Positions 49,670 to 60,175 of a DNA stretch of 64,000 nucleotides are shown here, piece by piece. The notes beneath the pieces are model-generated. The model had not been told where the DNA came from, made no database searches, and saw only the letters and a list, made by a program, of their open reading frames with translations. This stretch comes from Clostridia bacterium (GTDB taxonomy: Bacteria > Bacillota > Clostridia > UMGS1883): positions 20,763-84,762 of the forward strand of contig JAZRFC010000075.1 of the NCBI GenBank assembly GCA_045661145.1, written 5' to 3'. Positions within the stretch are counted from its first letter, which is position 1. Every line of letters begins with the position of its first letter. The position numbers and the translations under genes were made by a program.

Positions 49670-50956
49670 TTAAGAATTAAATATTATAAAAGATAATACA
49701 AATTCATTATCTGCTTGGTCTATTTTAAGCACATGATTATATTTTGAGAGTGCTTGTTTGATGTTTTCAAGACCAAAACCGTGATTTTCTTTATCTGTTT
49801 TTGTTGTTTTCATAGAAAGTTTTTTGCCTTTGCTTATGGAGTTAGAAATTTTGCAAAGGATAGCATCTTCTTCAAAGATAACAGATAGCTTTATATGCTT
49901 TTGTTCAGATTTGATTTTTTCACAAGCTTCAATGGCATTATCAAGACTATTACCAAAAATAATACATATATCTGTAGCATCAATAGACATTTTTTCAGGA
50001 ATCTGAACCGTCGATTCAAATTTAATATTCTTTTCTTCTGCCAGTGCTTTTTTTGTGCTTATAATAGCATCCAATGCAACATTTCCGGTATCAATAGTTT
50101 CGCCGGATATAAGTTTTTCACTCATTTCATCTATGTATTGAATACCGCCTTCATAGTCATTTCTTTGAAAGTAACCTCTTAAAGCAACCCAATGATTCTT
50201 TATATCGTGACGAAAACCTTTTATCTGATTTTGCATGACAAGAATATCGTCAAGATGTTTTGTCTGAGATTTTATCTGCTCTTTATATAATTGCTCTCGA
50301 TTCTCATATTCAGATTGCTTCGAAATATGTTCATATAAATACATAGAAGCAAATGCACTTGCAATAAGTCCAATACAAGTAAATAAAGCTACATTAAATA
50401 ATAATGGCTCATTTATATTATACATAAGTCTAAAAAGAACAAAAGCTGTTGTTATAGCAGGGGTAAAAACTACAACCAAAAGAATCCAATATGATGTTTG
50501 GACAAATAGTTTTTGATTTTTATATCTTAATCTTACAAAGTAGGTTATAAGCAAAAATATAAATTTTGAAGATAGTGCACCTGCAATCCAAAGAAGCTTA
50601 TTATCTATTAATTCAGATGTAGGAACGCCAAAAACAAGACCTAAAACATATAAAACAAACAATTCGCAACATCCGTTTAAAGTTATACCTATTATCGGAA
50701 TTAGTATCTTATTCTTTATGCTTCCTTTAAATAGCAGAGAAAAGAGAAATGCAACGAAATACATAATCAATGTATTTTGTAAAGTTCCAAAGTATAAATA
50801 AAAGCTTATATCAATAGTAACAGCAAGTACCAAATATCCAACAAAATATAGATATTTGGGCAGATCATCTTTTTTTTGCATAAATGTATCCAATATCATA
50901 TAAAAACAAGCTGATTCTATAAACCCTGTTAATAATTCAACTATCGTAAGCGTCAT
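49670..50956 (-). CDS. AgrC/LytS-like GHKL sensor histidine kinase (HK1), ~6 TM sensor domain
   Basis: A polytopic N-terminus is followed by an H-box (RHDIKNH) and an HATPase_c_5-type C-terminus. It overlaps the upstream LytTR regulator gene by 4 nt. Confidence 0.85.
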   Translation of the reverse strand: MTLTIVELLTGFIESACFYMILDTFMQKKDDLPKYLYFVGYLVLAVTIDISFYLYFGTLQNTLIMYFVAFLFSLLFKGSIKNKILIPIIGITLNGCCELFVLYVLGLVFGVPTSELIDNKLLWIAGALSSKFIFLLITYFVRLRYKNQKLFVQTSYWILLVVVFTPAITTAFVLFRLMYNINEPLLFNVALFTCIGLIASAFASMYLYEHISKQSEYENREQLYKEQIKSQTKHLDDILVMQNQIKGFRHDIKNHWVALRGYFQRNDYEGGIQYIDEMSEKLISGETIDTGNVALDAIISTKKALAEEKNIKFESTVQIPEKMSIDATDICIIFGNSLDNAIEACEKIKSEQKHIKLSVIFEEDAILCKISNSISKGKKLSMKTTKTDKENHGFGLENIKQALSKYNHVLKIDQADNEFVLSFIIFNS

Positions 50957-51672
50957 ATCCTATACTTCCTCTCTTTGAAATTAATAAAAGCAGTAGCAAC
51001 TTGCTTTTTGAATGTTCTGCTGATTGGGATAACCTTATCAGCATCATACAGAACGAGTTCTGTTTCTTTAATTTCACGGATATGATTGAGATTGATAACA
51101 AAAGATTTATGTACTTGAATAAACATAGTCTTGTCTATGCTATCATAAAGCTCTGCCATTGTTTTACAGATTTTATGTACTTTATCTTTTGTGTGAATGT
51201 GAATATAGTGCGCCTGACATTCAAAGTAAAGTATATCTTCACAAAAGAGTCTGATTTTGTTTCTGTTTTCTGTAAATACAAAAGTAGTACGTTCTTCCGA
51301 AAGTTTCTTTACTATATCGGCAAACACTTTATCAAATTCATCGTTAGAAACGGGTTTTATTAAAAATCTAAACGGCGAACACTCGAAGCAAGCCTGCATA
51401 TACTTTGTATGGCTTGTTACGAACACAATTATGACATGCTTATCAATTTTTCTGATAATATTAGCGGTTTCAATACCATTTAAGATATTCATTTCCATAT
51501 CAAGAAAAATTACATCATAATTGCCTTCGCCCATATTATACATCTTCACTAATTCTTCGCCGCTATAAAAGGCATCACAACTGACTTCGGGTTCGTTTTT
51601 ATCTAAAATATATTTCTCAAGAATATTTATGTATTCTTGGTTATCATCACATATTGCAATGTTCAACTCCAA
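50953..51672 (-). CDS. LytTR-family response regulator (AgrA-like; RR1)
   Basis: A receiver domain (LDMEMNILNGIE) with a C-terminal LytTR DNA-binding domain (FIQVHKSFVINLNHIREI). Confidence 0.88.
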   Translation of the reverse strand: MELNIAICDDNQEYINILEKYILDKNEPEVSCDAFYSGEELVKMYNMGEGNYDVIFLDMEMNILNGIETANIIRKIDKHVIIVFVTSHTKYMQACFECSPFRFLIKPVSNDEFDKVFADIVKKLSEERTTFVFTENRNKIRLFCEDILYFECQAHYIHIHTKDKVHKICKTMAELYDSIDKTMFIQVHKSFVINLNHIREIKETELVLYDADKVIPISRTFKKQVATAFINFKERKYRI

Positions 51673-51712
51673 TCATCCTCCTTTAGTTCTCACAAAAAAC
51701 TTTAAAGTTTAA

Positions 51713-51760
51713 TATATCATATAATAATGTATTCTTTGTGTTTTTTGCATAAAACGACAC
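51713..51760 (-). promoter_or_regulatory. Conserved ~47-bp promoter box upstream of the RR1-HK1 operon
   Basis: TATATCATATAATAATGTATTCTTTGTGTTTTTTGCATAAAACGACAC is near-identical (43/47) to 61847-61893. Confidence 0.55.
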
Positions 51761-52041
51761 TTAATTCGCAAAACTTGCATTTAATTATAACACAAACCGT
51801 GATACTTAACAAGTTTGCCCTGGCTATAACTATTTGTCTGACCGTCAAGCCAAGCACCGCGGATATATTTTTCGGAGACTGTTGGTATTATGCTATATAA
51901 TTTCCCATTTCCCTAACCTCATATTCTCTGTGCTTAAGGGCTGTACAAAGTTTTGATAACTATAATTCTAAATGATATATTTTCAAAATAGGTTTTTCAC
52001 TATATTTACTTTATCACAAATCTTACTTATTTTCCTTAGCT

Positions 52042-52764
52042 TTAACTCTCGTAAAAACTCGAATCTTCAAAAACATCTTTACTTACAATATATTCACACA
52101 ACATATCACGACCGTCACAATCAATAATCTCACATTCTTTATTGAGAACTAGCCCGCACTTTTCGCACAACATGTCTAGAAACTTAACAACACCTTCATA
52201 GCATTTTTCCATATATGTTTTTGTAAACATAGTTGCCAGCGATTCTTTAGTTGTCCCCATCGGTATTTTTGCATCGCTTGTTATATAATGACCTTCGGCA
52301 ATCTCATTGTTTTTAAAGTGAGTTATATCATTTCTTAACTTTATTATAGATTTTGTAAGTGAATAATAATTATCTCTCTTGATTTCAGAAAAATCCACAT
52401 GAAACATTGTGCAAATAAGTTGAAGTTTTACATTATGTGAGGTTTTTAGTATATCTAACTCCGTACACCCGAGTCTTCTAGTAATAATGGTATTAAGAGC
52501 AGTTTCGTATAAATTAACAATAAATGTTGCTGCGATAGAACCATGATAAAGATTTTTTAGAAAATCTTCTTCGTTTATTTCATCGCAAGAACCATCATCA
52601 TAACGTAAAACATTATCATCATTCATATATGAAATTGCATCTTCAACAATTTTTGTTGATAACTTTTCAAAATTCAAAAATATACCAAAAGCCATAATTA
52701 GCACCCCTCTTTTATCATAAATCGAACTACAGCGGATATGGAGAAAAATCACATTGTTTTTCAA
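52042..52764 (-). CDS. Hypothetical protein with a HEPN-like Rx4H motif
   Basis: Predicted all-alpha. It contains LRNDITHF (R-x4-H). The probable start is MAFGIF at ~52695. No other family was recognised. Confidence 0.5.
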   Translation of the reverse strand: MKNNVIFLHIRCSSIYDKRGVLIMAFGIFLNFEKLSTKIVEDAISYMNDDNVLRYDDGSCDEINEEDFLKNLYHGSIAATFIVNLYETALNTIITRRLGCTELDILKTSHNVKLQLICTMFHVDFSEIKRDNYYSLTKSIIKLRNDITHFKNNEIAEGHYITSDAKIPMGTTKESLATMFTKTYMEKCYEGVVKFLDMLCEKCGLVLNKECEIIDCDGRDMLCEYIVSKDVFEDSSFYES

Positions 52765-52846
52765 CCTTATGTAATATTATACCATTGTCACAAGAAAACA
52801 ACAAGGGTAAGGAGTTTATATTCCCTACCCTCAAAATTAACTTTTA

Positions 52847-54574
52847 TCATTCCACTTTTTCAGAGATAATTACTCTGCGCATATTCTCATCCCACACAAC
52901 GTTCATATCAAGTGCATCTGCAACAAATCTTACAGGGACAAGTGTACGGTTGTTGATAATAACACCAGGAGAATCAAGACTGACAGGAGCATTGTTAACC
53001 AAAGCTATATTATCTCCGATACCAAGTTTAATCACTGCTTCATCCTTAACTGCCGTCACGGAACTTGTATCTGAATCCCAGGAAATTTCACAGCCAAGTG
53101 TTTCAAATATTTTTCTCATCGGAACCAGAACTCTGCTGTTGATTATGACGGGAGTTGTATCAAAATACAAATCAAGTCCGTTTACATAAACGGTAATCGG
53201 TCTTTCAGCGGACGACTTTTTTTCAGAAGCATCATCTGGGAGTGTTAAAATTCCTGACTTTGTAATGCCTGTATTGTTATCAAGAATTGAAAAGCTGTAC
53301 TTATTCTTTTCTATATAACCTAAACTGAAAAACTCAAAAGGCGTTATTTCAACACCGTATTTGTTAATCAGCCCTACGCCCGAGTCTTTCTTCGAAGCTT
53401 CCGCAACACCATTCTTAAAGGGCTGAATATCCGAATAGATAAACTCTGTAATTCTGTTTCCGTTGTTATCCAGTACTGCTTTATCTGTTGCCGGAGGAAT
53501 CCGCCCTGTGTAGCCGCTAATTATATTTATCCCGATAAGAACTTCGCCATTGACCATTACATTATAATCTTTCCGAGGAATTTTTATTTGTCCGTTTTTA
53601 TCTATATGATACCATTTTTCTGCTTCCGGTTCCTCACAAACCTTTGCAAGACCGTTTTGAAATTCCCATGCATGACTATATTTGAAAGGTATAACAAGCT
53701 CCCATTCCTTGTTTATATATCCGTATTTTCCTTCTTCTTCGGAATACACCAATGCAAGATTGTCGCTGAATTTATAAGGGAAGCTTCCTGCAAAGTAATA
53801 AGAATTACTTTCATCATTCAGATTTATATACCTCCAACCCTTATCAAAGACAGCAACAATGTCGTCATCACAAATTTCCAAATCATCATAAACACATGGG
53901 AGAATTTCCTCATGCTCGTCACCTATAACACCGTACTTTCCGTCTTTCTTTACCTTTGTGATTTTATACGGCCGACCAGTATGGTATTCATCATAAGTTT
54001 TCACATTTAAAGGATTTCCTTTTTTATGAAAGCATTGACGCACACCACCTTTTATGGTATGTATAACTCCGCACATTTCGTGGATATAATCATATTCGCA
54101 CGGTAAAAGCTCTTTCCCGTTTTCATCTATCATACCATATTTTTCACTTGAAACAACAATTGAATATCCGTCGGTTATCGGAGAAACAATATCGTATTTA
54201 CTTACATCGAAAAGTGCATTTCCTGAAGCATCAATTATTATTTTTGAACCGCCTGAGCTTACAAAATATTTTCCCTCCGAGAAAACATACGCTTCATCAT
54301 AGATAAACGGAGCTATTGTATTTCCTGAAGTATCTATAAGACCTTGTCTCATAAGAAGGTTTTTATCCGTTACAGTAAGACGCGCGACCCCGTTTTCCCA
54401 TGAATAATCAATACACGTGCTTCTGTAGTCTGTTTCAGGCTCAATCCACTTTAACGAAATCCCGTAGTCTTTTTCTAAAGATTCTGCAGATACTTCTGCT
54501 AAAACGGGAAAAGCAAACAGAATCTGAAACAGCAAAACTGCCAATATGCTTCCTGTTATAAAGCCTTTTTTCAT
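52847..54574 (-). CDS. Secreted protein with WG-containing (KWG-like) repeats and two C-terminal copper-amine-oxidase N-terminal-like stalk domains
   Basis: Signal peptide, then repeated ..KYGYINKEWELVIPFKYSHAWEFQNGLAKV.. type WG repeats, then C-terminal ..VLVPMRKIFETLGCEISW.. and ..TLVPVRFVADALDMNVVW... Confidence 0.65.
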   Translation of the reverse strand: MKKGFITGSILAVLLFQILFAFPVLAEVSAESLEKDYGISLKWIEPETDYRSTCIDYSWENGVARLTVTDKNLLMRQGLIDTSGNTIAPFIYDEAYVFSEGKYFVSSGGSKIIIDASGNALFDVSKYDIVSPITDGYSIVVSSEKYGMIDENGKELLPCEYDYIHEMCGVIHTIKGGVRQCFHKKGNPLNVKTYDEYHTGRPYKITKVKKDGKYGVIGDEHEEILPCVYDDLEICDDDIVAVFDKGWRYINLNDESNSYYFAGSFPYKFSDNLALVYSEEEGKYGYINKEWELVIPFKYSHAWEFQNGLAKVCEEPEAEKWYHIDKNGQIKIPRKDYNVMVNGEVLIGINIISGYTGRIPPATDKAVLDNNGNRITEFIYSDIQPFKNGVAEASKKDSGVGLINKYGVEITPFEFFSLGYIEKNKYSFSILDNNTGITKSGILTLPDDASEKKSSAERPITVYVNGLDLYFDTTPVIINSRVLVPMRKIFETLGCEISWDSDTSSVTAVKDEAVIKLGIGDNIALVNNAPVSLDSPGVIINNRTLVPVRFVADALDMNVVWDENMRRVIISEKVE

Positions 54575-54599
54575 ACACGGTAGTCCCCTTTATCCAAAG

Positions 54600-56255
54600 T
54601 TATTTCTTCAAATCTACTTCCACAAGCATTTTATCATCCGAGGGAGTGTACAACAGCTTATTTTCGTGAATAAAAATGTTATAGTCGTAAATGGAGTCGC
54701 TTGAACGAAAAATATTTGTCGGACTAGAGAATACACAGGTGCGTATATCCTTGTCACCGTCCGTGTCCCCGTAGGAGCTTGTTACAAGCATTCCACCTTC
54801 AACATATGATTCTGTGGGAAGAGTTGTTTCAAAAAGGTGTGCTCCTGCACCGCTTCCGATGCCATAATTAAGATACATTTCAACAATGGATTTTTCATCG
54901 CTTTTTGTATGAAGATAGAGGGTATCACCTCTGAGAACACCGTTGTAAAGAGGGAGTGAACTTTCATTAATCACAATTGTTTTTCCGCTTGCGCTGCTGT
55001 AACGGTACATCTTGCCGTCCTGTGAATATACAATCATTTCGCTGTTTGATTTTGTGTCGTTGTCCCAGCCTGTGAAAGCAAGGAAACTTAATACATTTTC
55101 AATCATCGGAGTAAGTGTTTCTGTGTCAAGATTGTAGCGATAAAGAGAACTGTTATTTTCGTCATTTGTATTATATCCCGTAAGATAAATGTTGTTTCCG
55201 ATTATCTGAATATCATTATACTCGTGACCTTCGCTGCCATGCCAGCTGTCGTAAGAAGGATGCTTTTTTTCTGCAAAAACCGTGTTTTCTGCAAGGATTT
55301 CGGTATATTCTTCGCTTCCGTCCTTATAATAAATAACTCTTGAAGCACCGGGACCGCCGCCACGGAAAACCCTTACCGAGTATCCTTCAAGGTCATAAAC
55401 CTTTTCGTTGCCTCCGATAAAGCTATGGAAATAATCACCTTCAATAGAATCTTCGATAGTGCCGTCGGGATTTATTTTATAGCGGTAATCTCTGCCCATT
55501 GAAGCACCTGTGCGGAAGGAGAAGTACATTCCGCTATCCTGAAGTGAAAAGTTAATAAGATTGTTTCCGAAATCAGCATAACCGTTGGGTACGGTAGTAT
55601 GAATAAGCTCATTTGCGGTAGGATTGTCAACGGGTGTACGATAAATTTTTCTGTCGTTTCCCGTGTAGTAATAATATGTTCCGTCCGTTGCGGCGTTAGG
55701 CATAATCTGAGTTCTTAAATCGGGAAGGCCAAGTGTTTTACAGATATAATTATCCGCAGTTATCACAAGTCCGTTTTTGTCATCATAACTGTATTTCCAC
55801 TCGAATTCATCAACTGCAAAACGCCATGTGAGAGGGAAGTAAGTAACATCACGGAAAAGTATCAGGGGATATTTCTCATTTGTGTTGTCAATTTCTTTTC
55901 CGTTTACAATAATATTGAAATTACAAATAGTAATTTCGTTTGACTTACCGTTTTTCCATTCCCATTTATAGTTGCGGTATGCACCCGAAATATTTTCCTT
56001 TGTTATTTCAAGGGTGTTTGTATCGCTACTCCACTTTGTAGCAACACCGAGGAAACGGCAATCGTAATATGTCATGGGGAAGTACACAATATCCTTGTAC
56101 TGAAGCAGGGGATACTGTCTGTATGAATTATCCACGCTTTGTCCGGAAAGTGTAACGGAGCAGGCAGGGATATTTGCAACCTCTTTTGCACAAACATTTG
56201 ATGCAAAACAAAGGATGATTAGTGTGAATAAAATTGCAACTTTTTTCATGTTCAA
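54600..56255 (-). CDS. Secreted stalk-domain + beta-propeller-like protein (DUF5050-like), paralog 1
   Basis: A signal peptide is followed by two stalk-domain copies (QYPLLQYKDIVYFPMTYYDCRFLG and KYPLILFRDVTYFPLTWRFAVDEFEW) and a Tyr/Gly-rich repetitive C-terminal region. The first ~170 aa are about 80% identical to 56252..57988 and 60176..61804. Confidence 0.7.
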   Translation of the reverse strand: MNMKKVAILFTLIILCFASNVCAKEVANIPACSVTLSGQSVDNSYRQYPLLQYKDIVYFPMTYYDCRFLGVATKWSSDTNTLEITKENISGAYRNYKWEWKNGKSNEITICNFNIIVNGKEIDNTNEKYPLILFRDVTYFPLTWRFAVDEFEWKYSYDDKNGLVITADNYICKTLGLPDLRTQIMPNAATDGTYYYYTGNDRKIYRTPVDNPTANELIHTTVPNGYADFGNNLINFSLQDSGMYFSFRTGASMGRDYRYKINPDGTIEDSIEGDYFHSFIGGNEKVYDLEGYSVRVFRGGGPGASRVIYYKDGSEEYTEILAENTVFAEKKHPSYDSWHGSEGHEYNDIQIIGNNIYLTGYNTNDENNSSLYRYNLDTETLTPMIENVLSFLAFTGWDNDTKSNSEMIVYSQDGKMYRYSSASGKTIVINESSLPLYNGVLRGDTLYLHTKSDEKSIVEMYLNYGIGSGAGAHLFETTLPTESYVEGGMLVTSSYGDTDGDKDIRTCVFSSPTNIFRSSDSIYDYNIFIHENKLLYTPSDDKMLVEVDLKK

Positions 56256-57964
56256 TCCTCCTGTTCTTCAAACTTGACCTCTACCACACGACCGAGGTCT
56301 TCGGGGATGTAGAGAAGCTTGTCGCTTTCAAGAAAGTAGTTTGGGTTAATAATGTCGCTTGATTTGAACGGCTCGGGAGTTCCGCGGAAAATGCAGGTAT
56401 GAATATCTTCCCCTGGCATTTCGCCATAGGAACGGGTAATAAGCTTACCATCTCTTATATCTGTATCTGCACCGAGAAAGGTATCAAGGAGGGTGCGCCC
56501 GTCGTATTTGCATATTGCATATCTATCGTATTCTTTTACAATTGTATGGATTCTGTCATAGTCCTGAGTGCAAAGATATATTTTCTCCCCGATGGATATT
56601 CCTGTGTTAATGGGAAGACTGTTTTCATCAACGACTACATTTTCCTTGCTTTCAACAGAATAACGATATAATTTTCCATCACGGTAATAAAGTACTATAT
56701 CAGAATCTTTTTTGGAAGCATTATCCCAACCACGGAAAACAAAGAAAGAAGAAATATTATTAAGCACAGGTGAAACAGTTCCTGTTTGTGTGTCGACACA
56801 GTATAGATTACTTGGACTGTCATCTGATACATCCTGTATCTTCTCTTCAGTATCGTCAATCTGAGGATATCCTGTTAAATAAATATTTTCGTCTGTTACC
56901 TGAGGAACACTGTAGTAAGTCCAACGTTCCTGATTTTTATAACGCTGTTCACCGAAACGTATGTTTTCAAGAACAATCTGTTTGTCAATGCCGTCTTTTG
57001 TGTAATATACAATGGTGCTTCCGGGGTGTCCGCTATTATATCCCGATACGGAAAAACCGTCAAAATTCAGAGTGTAATGATTATATCCAGAGTATTTGTT
57101 TTGTGACCTTTCGATTTTTTCGAATGTTCCGTCAGAATTGATTTTATAATTATAGTCAATTCCCGTTGATGCTCCGCCTATATGATAAGAAACATATACC
57201 TGACCGTTGTCATAAGAAAAATATGCCATTGTTTGGTCAGAAATGTAGTTGTCGGGAATGGTGTGAATGCATTCATACTGAGATAAGTTGTGTGCGGGAG
57301 CGCGATAAATTTTGTTGTCTGTACACTCGTAATAGTAGTATTTTTTGTCGGCAGCGGCTGAAACAATCTTGTGATGATCGGGGACGAAAACAGGGAGTGT
57401 TCGGCAAATGTAGTTATCTGCGCTTATCTTAAGTCCGCTTTCCTCAGTATAGCTGTATTCCCAGCCGAATTCATCAACTGCAAAACGCCATGTGAGAGGG
57501 AAGTAAGTAACATTGCGGAAAAGTATAAGTGGATATTCCTCATTTTTATTGTCAATTTCTTTTCCGTTTACAATAATATTGAAATTACAAATAGTAATTT
57601 CATTTGACTTTCCGTTTTTCCATTCCCAGTTGTAGTTACGGTATGCACCCGAAATATTTTCCTTTGTAATTTCAAGGTTGTTTGTATCTCCGTTCCACTT
57701 TGTAGAAACACCGAGGAAACGACAATCGTAGTATGTCATGGGAAAATACACTATATCCCTAAATTGCAGAAGTGGATACTGACGATTAATACTGTCAACC
57801 TCTTGACCATTGAATGTAACTTTACACTTAGGAATGTACGCGTATTCTTCTACCTCTCCTATGGATTCATCACTGAATCCATAGGGATTCTGTGCCAACA
57901 CACACAAGGGAATCAGTATTATAATTATAATTAAAGAAATGACTTTCACAAGGTTCTTTTTCAT
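56252..57964 (-). CDS. Secreted stalk-domain + beta-propeller-like protein, paralog 2
   Basis: Same architecture as paralog 1. The start is probably MKKNLVKV at ~57964; the ORF extends to 57988. Confidence 0.7.
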   Translation of the reverse strand: MKKNLVKVISLIIIIILIPLCVLAQNPYGFSDESIGEVEEYAYIPKCKVTFNGQEVDSINRQYPLLQFRDIVYFPMTYYDCRFLGVSTKWNGDTNNLEITKENISGAYRNYNWEWKNGKSNEITICNFNIIVNGKEIDNKNEEYPLILFRNVTYFPLTWRFAVDEFGWEYSYTEESGLKISADNYICRTLPVFVPDHHKIVSAAADKKYYYYECTDNKIYRAPAHNLSQYECIHTIPDNYISDQTMAYFSYDNGQVYVSYHIGGASTGIDYNYKINSDGTFEKIERSQNKYSGYNHYTLNFDGFSVSGYNSGHPGSTIVYYTKDGIDKQIVLENIRFGEQRYKNQERWTYYSVPQVTDENIYLTGYPQIDDTEEKIQDVSDDSPSNLYCVDTQTGTVSPVLNNISSFFVFRGWDNASKKDSDIVLYYRDGKLYRYSVESKENVVVDENSLPINTGISIGEKIYLCTQDYDRIHTIVKEYDRYAICKYDGRTLLDTFLGADTDIRDGKLITRSYGEMPGEDIHTCIFRGTPEPFKSSDIINPNYFLESDKLLYIPEDLGRVVEVKFEEQED

Positions 57965-57977
57965 ATATACCACACCT

Positions 57978-59258
57978 TTACACGTCAAATATTATAAACG
58001 ACAATACAAATTCGTTTTCTTTCTGTTCTATGTTCAACACATGCTTGTACTTTGAAAGCGCTGCCTTGATATTTTCGATCCCATACCCATGGTTTTTTCT
58101 GTCCTGTTTCGTTGTTTTGAGACTCATAGATTTATTTTCCGCACAAGAATTTGATATTTTACATATAACACAATCTTCATCATATATAATCTGGATACAT
58201 ATATATTTTTTGTCTTTCAGTTTTTCACACGCCTCAATAGCATTATCCAGCGCATTTCCGAAAATAACACATACATCTATAGGTTCAATTCCAAGATTCT
58301 CATAAATTTGAATATTGGTTTTAAATTCTATTTTCTTACTTTCCGCAATTAACAGTTTTGAGTTAATTATTGCATCTAATGCAATATTTCCCGTCGAAAC
58401 ACTTCTTTGCGTTTTGGAAATAGCTTCATCCATAGATGCTATGTATGCCTGACCCCCTTTGCTGTCGTCACGTCTGAAATATTCTTCTATTGCTGCCATA
58501 TGATTTTTTATATCATGCCTGAATTTTCGCAGTTCTCCTTGCATGAAAAGGATCTCATCCAAGTGCTTTGCCTGTGATTTAATCTGCTGTTCGACCACTT
58601 GTTGTCTTCCAGTAATTTCTGCCTGCTTTGCCATATTTTCATACAAATAAATCACGAAGAAATTACTGAGCATCAATCCCACAGAGCATATAACAGTCAG
58701 TATACTCAATTCCTGTTTTGGATTATGGTATGAGAGATTAAAAAACAAAAACTCTGCTACTGTGGTACTCGCAAACACCACAAAAAACAAAATCCAGTAT
58801 GAAGCAGTTTTCTTAGATTTGTTTTTACCGCCATAACAAACAATCTTGAATACGGCAAATCCAAATATTTTGGAAATCACCGTTCCCAGATATCTGAGTA
58901 TATCTGACTCCATTAATTGCTCAGTTGTTATTCCAAAAATTGCAGAAAGTCCGAACATGGTAATTATTTCTGTAATAACGCTTAATAAAATTCCCAATGC
59001 TGCAATAACCGGACGAAGCAAAAACGGGCATCTGTAAAAAAGCGAAGAAGTTATGATTACTGAAAAAATAACCACAGCGTTCCATATACCGAAATTGAAA
59101 AACATATTACCTATAAAAATACACACCGCCATTATACAAATAACAAACGGACGAATCACACTATTTAGTACTTCTTTTTTTTCAAAATATGTATCCATCA
59201 GCATAAGGTATAAATACGCCTCAACAAAACAAGTCATAAGTGTCATCAAAATATTCAT
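57978..59258 (-). CDS. AgrC/LytS-like GHKL sensor histidine kinase (HK2), paralog of HK1
   Basis: Same architecture as HK1. The H-box region KHLDEILFMQGELRKFRHDIKNH aligns with HK1 KHLDDILVMQNQIKGFRHDIKNH. Confidence 0.85.
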   Translation of the reverse strand: MNILMTLMTCFVEAYLYLMLMDTYFEKKEVLNSVIRPFVICIMAVCIFIGNMFFNFGIWNAVVIFSVIITSSLFYRCPFLLRPVIAALGILLSVITEIITMFGLSAIFGITTEQLMESDILRYLGTVISKIFGFAVFKIVCYGGKNKSKKTASYWILFFVVFASTTVAEFLFFNLSYHNPKQELSILTVICSVGLMLSNFFVIYLYENMAKQAEITGRQQVVEQQIKSQAKHLDEILFMQGELRKFRHDIKNHMAAIEEYFRRDDSKGGQAYIASMDEAISKTQRSVSTGNIALDAIINSKLLIAESKKIEFKTNIQIYENLGIEPIDVCVIFGNALDNAIEACEKLKDKKYICIQIIYDEDCVICKISNSCAENKSMSLKTTKQDRKNHGYGIENIKAALSKYKHVLNIEQKENEFVLSFIIFDV

Positions 59259-59971
59259 ATTAGCATATATTTCCTTTCCTTGTAGTTGATGAACTTCTCC
59301 CCGAATTCTTTTTTGTATTTTCTGCCCAACGGAATTTTTGCATTACTTTCATAAAGAGATATTTCATTATCTTTAATTTCTTTAACATATGCCATATTAA
59401 CCGCATAAGAATTATGCACACGGCAAATTTTTTCTTCACTTACCACACGGCAAAGTTCACTTAGAGACTTATGTATACGATAAATTCGTTCTTTTGTATA
59501 AATAAAAAGTTGATGTGACTGACTTTCAAGGAAAATAATATCTTCACAGTAAAGTCTGACTTTCTCGCGGTTTTCCAAAAAAATCAATGTACTTCTTTCC
59601 TCGGAAAGCTTTTCTTCTATATCCCTCAAGGTCTTTTTAAAATCTTCAAATGACATGGGTTTTATTAAAAAGCGAAATGGGGTACATTCAAAACATTCAC
59701 GCATATACTGCGTATGCTGTGTCACAAACACAATTATTACATGCTTGTCCATTTTGCGTATCAGGTTTCCTGTATTGATTCCACTGATCCCAGACATTTC
59801 CATGTCAAGAAAGATTGCATCATAATTTTGTTTTCGACAGTCGTATGCTTTCAGAATTTCTTCGCCACTGTGAAAAACATCGTAATACGGAGCATTTCTC
59901 TCCATTGAGTCAAGGTATTTTTCAACAGTATTTATATATTCAAAACTGTCATCACATATCGCAATATGCAT
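59255..59971 (-). CDS. LytTR-family response regulator (RR2), paralog of RR1
   Basis: MHIAICDDSFEYINTVEKYL aligns with RR1 MELNIAICDDNQEYINILEKYI. It has a C-terminal LytTR domain. Confidence 0.88.
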   Translation of the reverse strand: MHIAICDDSFEYINTVEKYLDSMERNAPYYDVFHSGEEILKAYDCRKQNYDAIFLDMEMSGISGINTGNLIRKMDKHVIIVFVTQHTQYMRECFECTPFRFLIKPMSFEDFKKTLRDIEEKLSEERSTLIFLENREKVRLYCEDIIFLESQSHQLFIYTKERIYRIHKSLSELCRVVSEEKICRVHNSYAVNMAYVKEIKDNEISLYESNAKIPLGRKYKKEFGEKFINYKERKYMLI

Positions 59972-60175
59972 TTTGTCTCTCCCTCAAATGAATTTATTAA
60001 ATTATAACAGAAATTGCAATGTTTTCTCATATAATTACGCAGACAACACTTTTAGATTCCTAAATTACACAACATTTATATATACTTTCCGCAAATGTGA
60101 GCCATAACTAATGCAATCAAAACAGTTCTTATGAATTTTAATTTATTTTAAAGTTAAAAGGGAAAATTAATTCAA

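Noticed and set aside
51673-52041. Looked for an agrD-like autoinducing-peptide ORF and an agrB-like gene upstream of RR1, and likewise at 59972..60175 upstream of RR2
   Set aside because: Only 9-24-codon ORFs without an RBS were found, and none had an AgrD-like Cys-containing architecture. Nothing was annotated.
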